A stretch of DNA of 64,000 nt, taken from positions 32,001-96,000 of the forward strand of contig CAWJCY010000004.1 of the NCBI GenBank assembly GCA_963841565.1. Direction: 5' to 3'. Shown piece by piece: positions 63,760-64,000 of this stretch (position 1 is its first letter; every line of letters begins with the position of its first letter). This DNA is from an uncultured Nitrososphaerales archaeon (lineage in GTDB: Archaea > Thermoproteota > Nitrososphaeria > Nitrososphaerales > Nitrososphaeraceae). The position numbers and the translations under genes are program-made. A model generated the notes under the pieces. The model saw nothing but the letters and a program-made list of their open reading frames with translations, did no database searches and was not told where the DNA came from.

Positions 63760-63951
63760 TTAGGTTTCTTCGGTAAATGAATGACACAATAGATTCACAG
63801 GGATATCTTTCAAGTAGAGGTCTTCGGCGCGCATTCCATGTTTTTGTATTGCATGATCCGCACCGTTTTTTAAGAACTCTTCCATTGTCTCACCTTCGAT
63901 GACAAAATCGCAGTCCAGGCCAGATTCACGACATACTAGAATATACATCAC
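63760..63951 (-). CDS. DUF1059 small metal-binding protein
   Basis: CRESGLDCDFVIEGETMEE....ADHAIQKHG. Confidence 0.82.
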   Translation of the reverse strand: MMYILVCRESGLDCDFVIEGETMEEFLKNGADHAIQKHGMRAEDLYLKDIPVNLLCHSFTEET

Positions 63952-64000
63952 TATTACTATGTGCGGATCAATCTTAAGCCTTCTTACAACTACTATTGCG

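Overview
Archaeal chromosomal segment, most consistent with a soil ammonia-oxidising archaeon (Nitrososphaerales, Thaumarchaeota). This rests on CdvC/Vps4, TFIIB, the crenarchaeal-type SSB, LysW-dependent Lys/Arg genes, Dph5-DUF357 and an intron-containing tRNA. Bases 1-30 kb are largely core housekeeping: ileS, ppa, cdvC, tRNA-Ile, NAD kinase, argG and lysYZJ-lrp-HCS-lysW-lysX-lysK, dph5, a KaiC/GvpD-like ATPase, a PPP phosphatase, tfb, a GT2, tRNA-Leu, ssb, PAC2 and dpo4. Bases 30-42 kb hold a GH5, four DUF308/HdeD paralogues, an MFS transporter, a RutB-like amidohydrolase, a response regulator and a nitrilase. Bases 42-64 kb are a low-coding-density accessory region with MOSC/moaA, many gene remnants, two DUF72 relics and secreted/surface proteins. 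Most notable observations: an unannotated LysW carrier ending in EDWGQ instead of EDWGE; a 5.8-kb block bounded by long inverted repeats and carrying an iteron-like 11-bp array; a candidate multi-stem RNA at 42.2 kb; and two genes apparently needing non-canonical start codons. Several single-base frameshifts in otherwise intact genes look like sequencing/assembly errors. All family calls come from motif recognition by eye; no searches were run.
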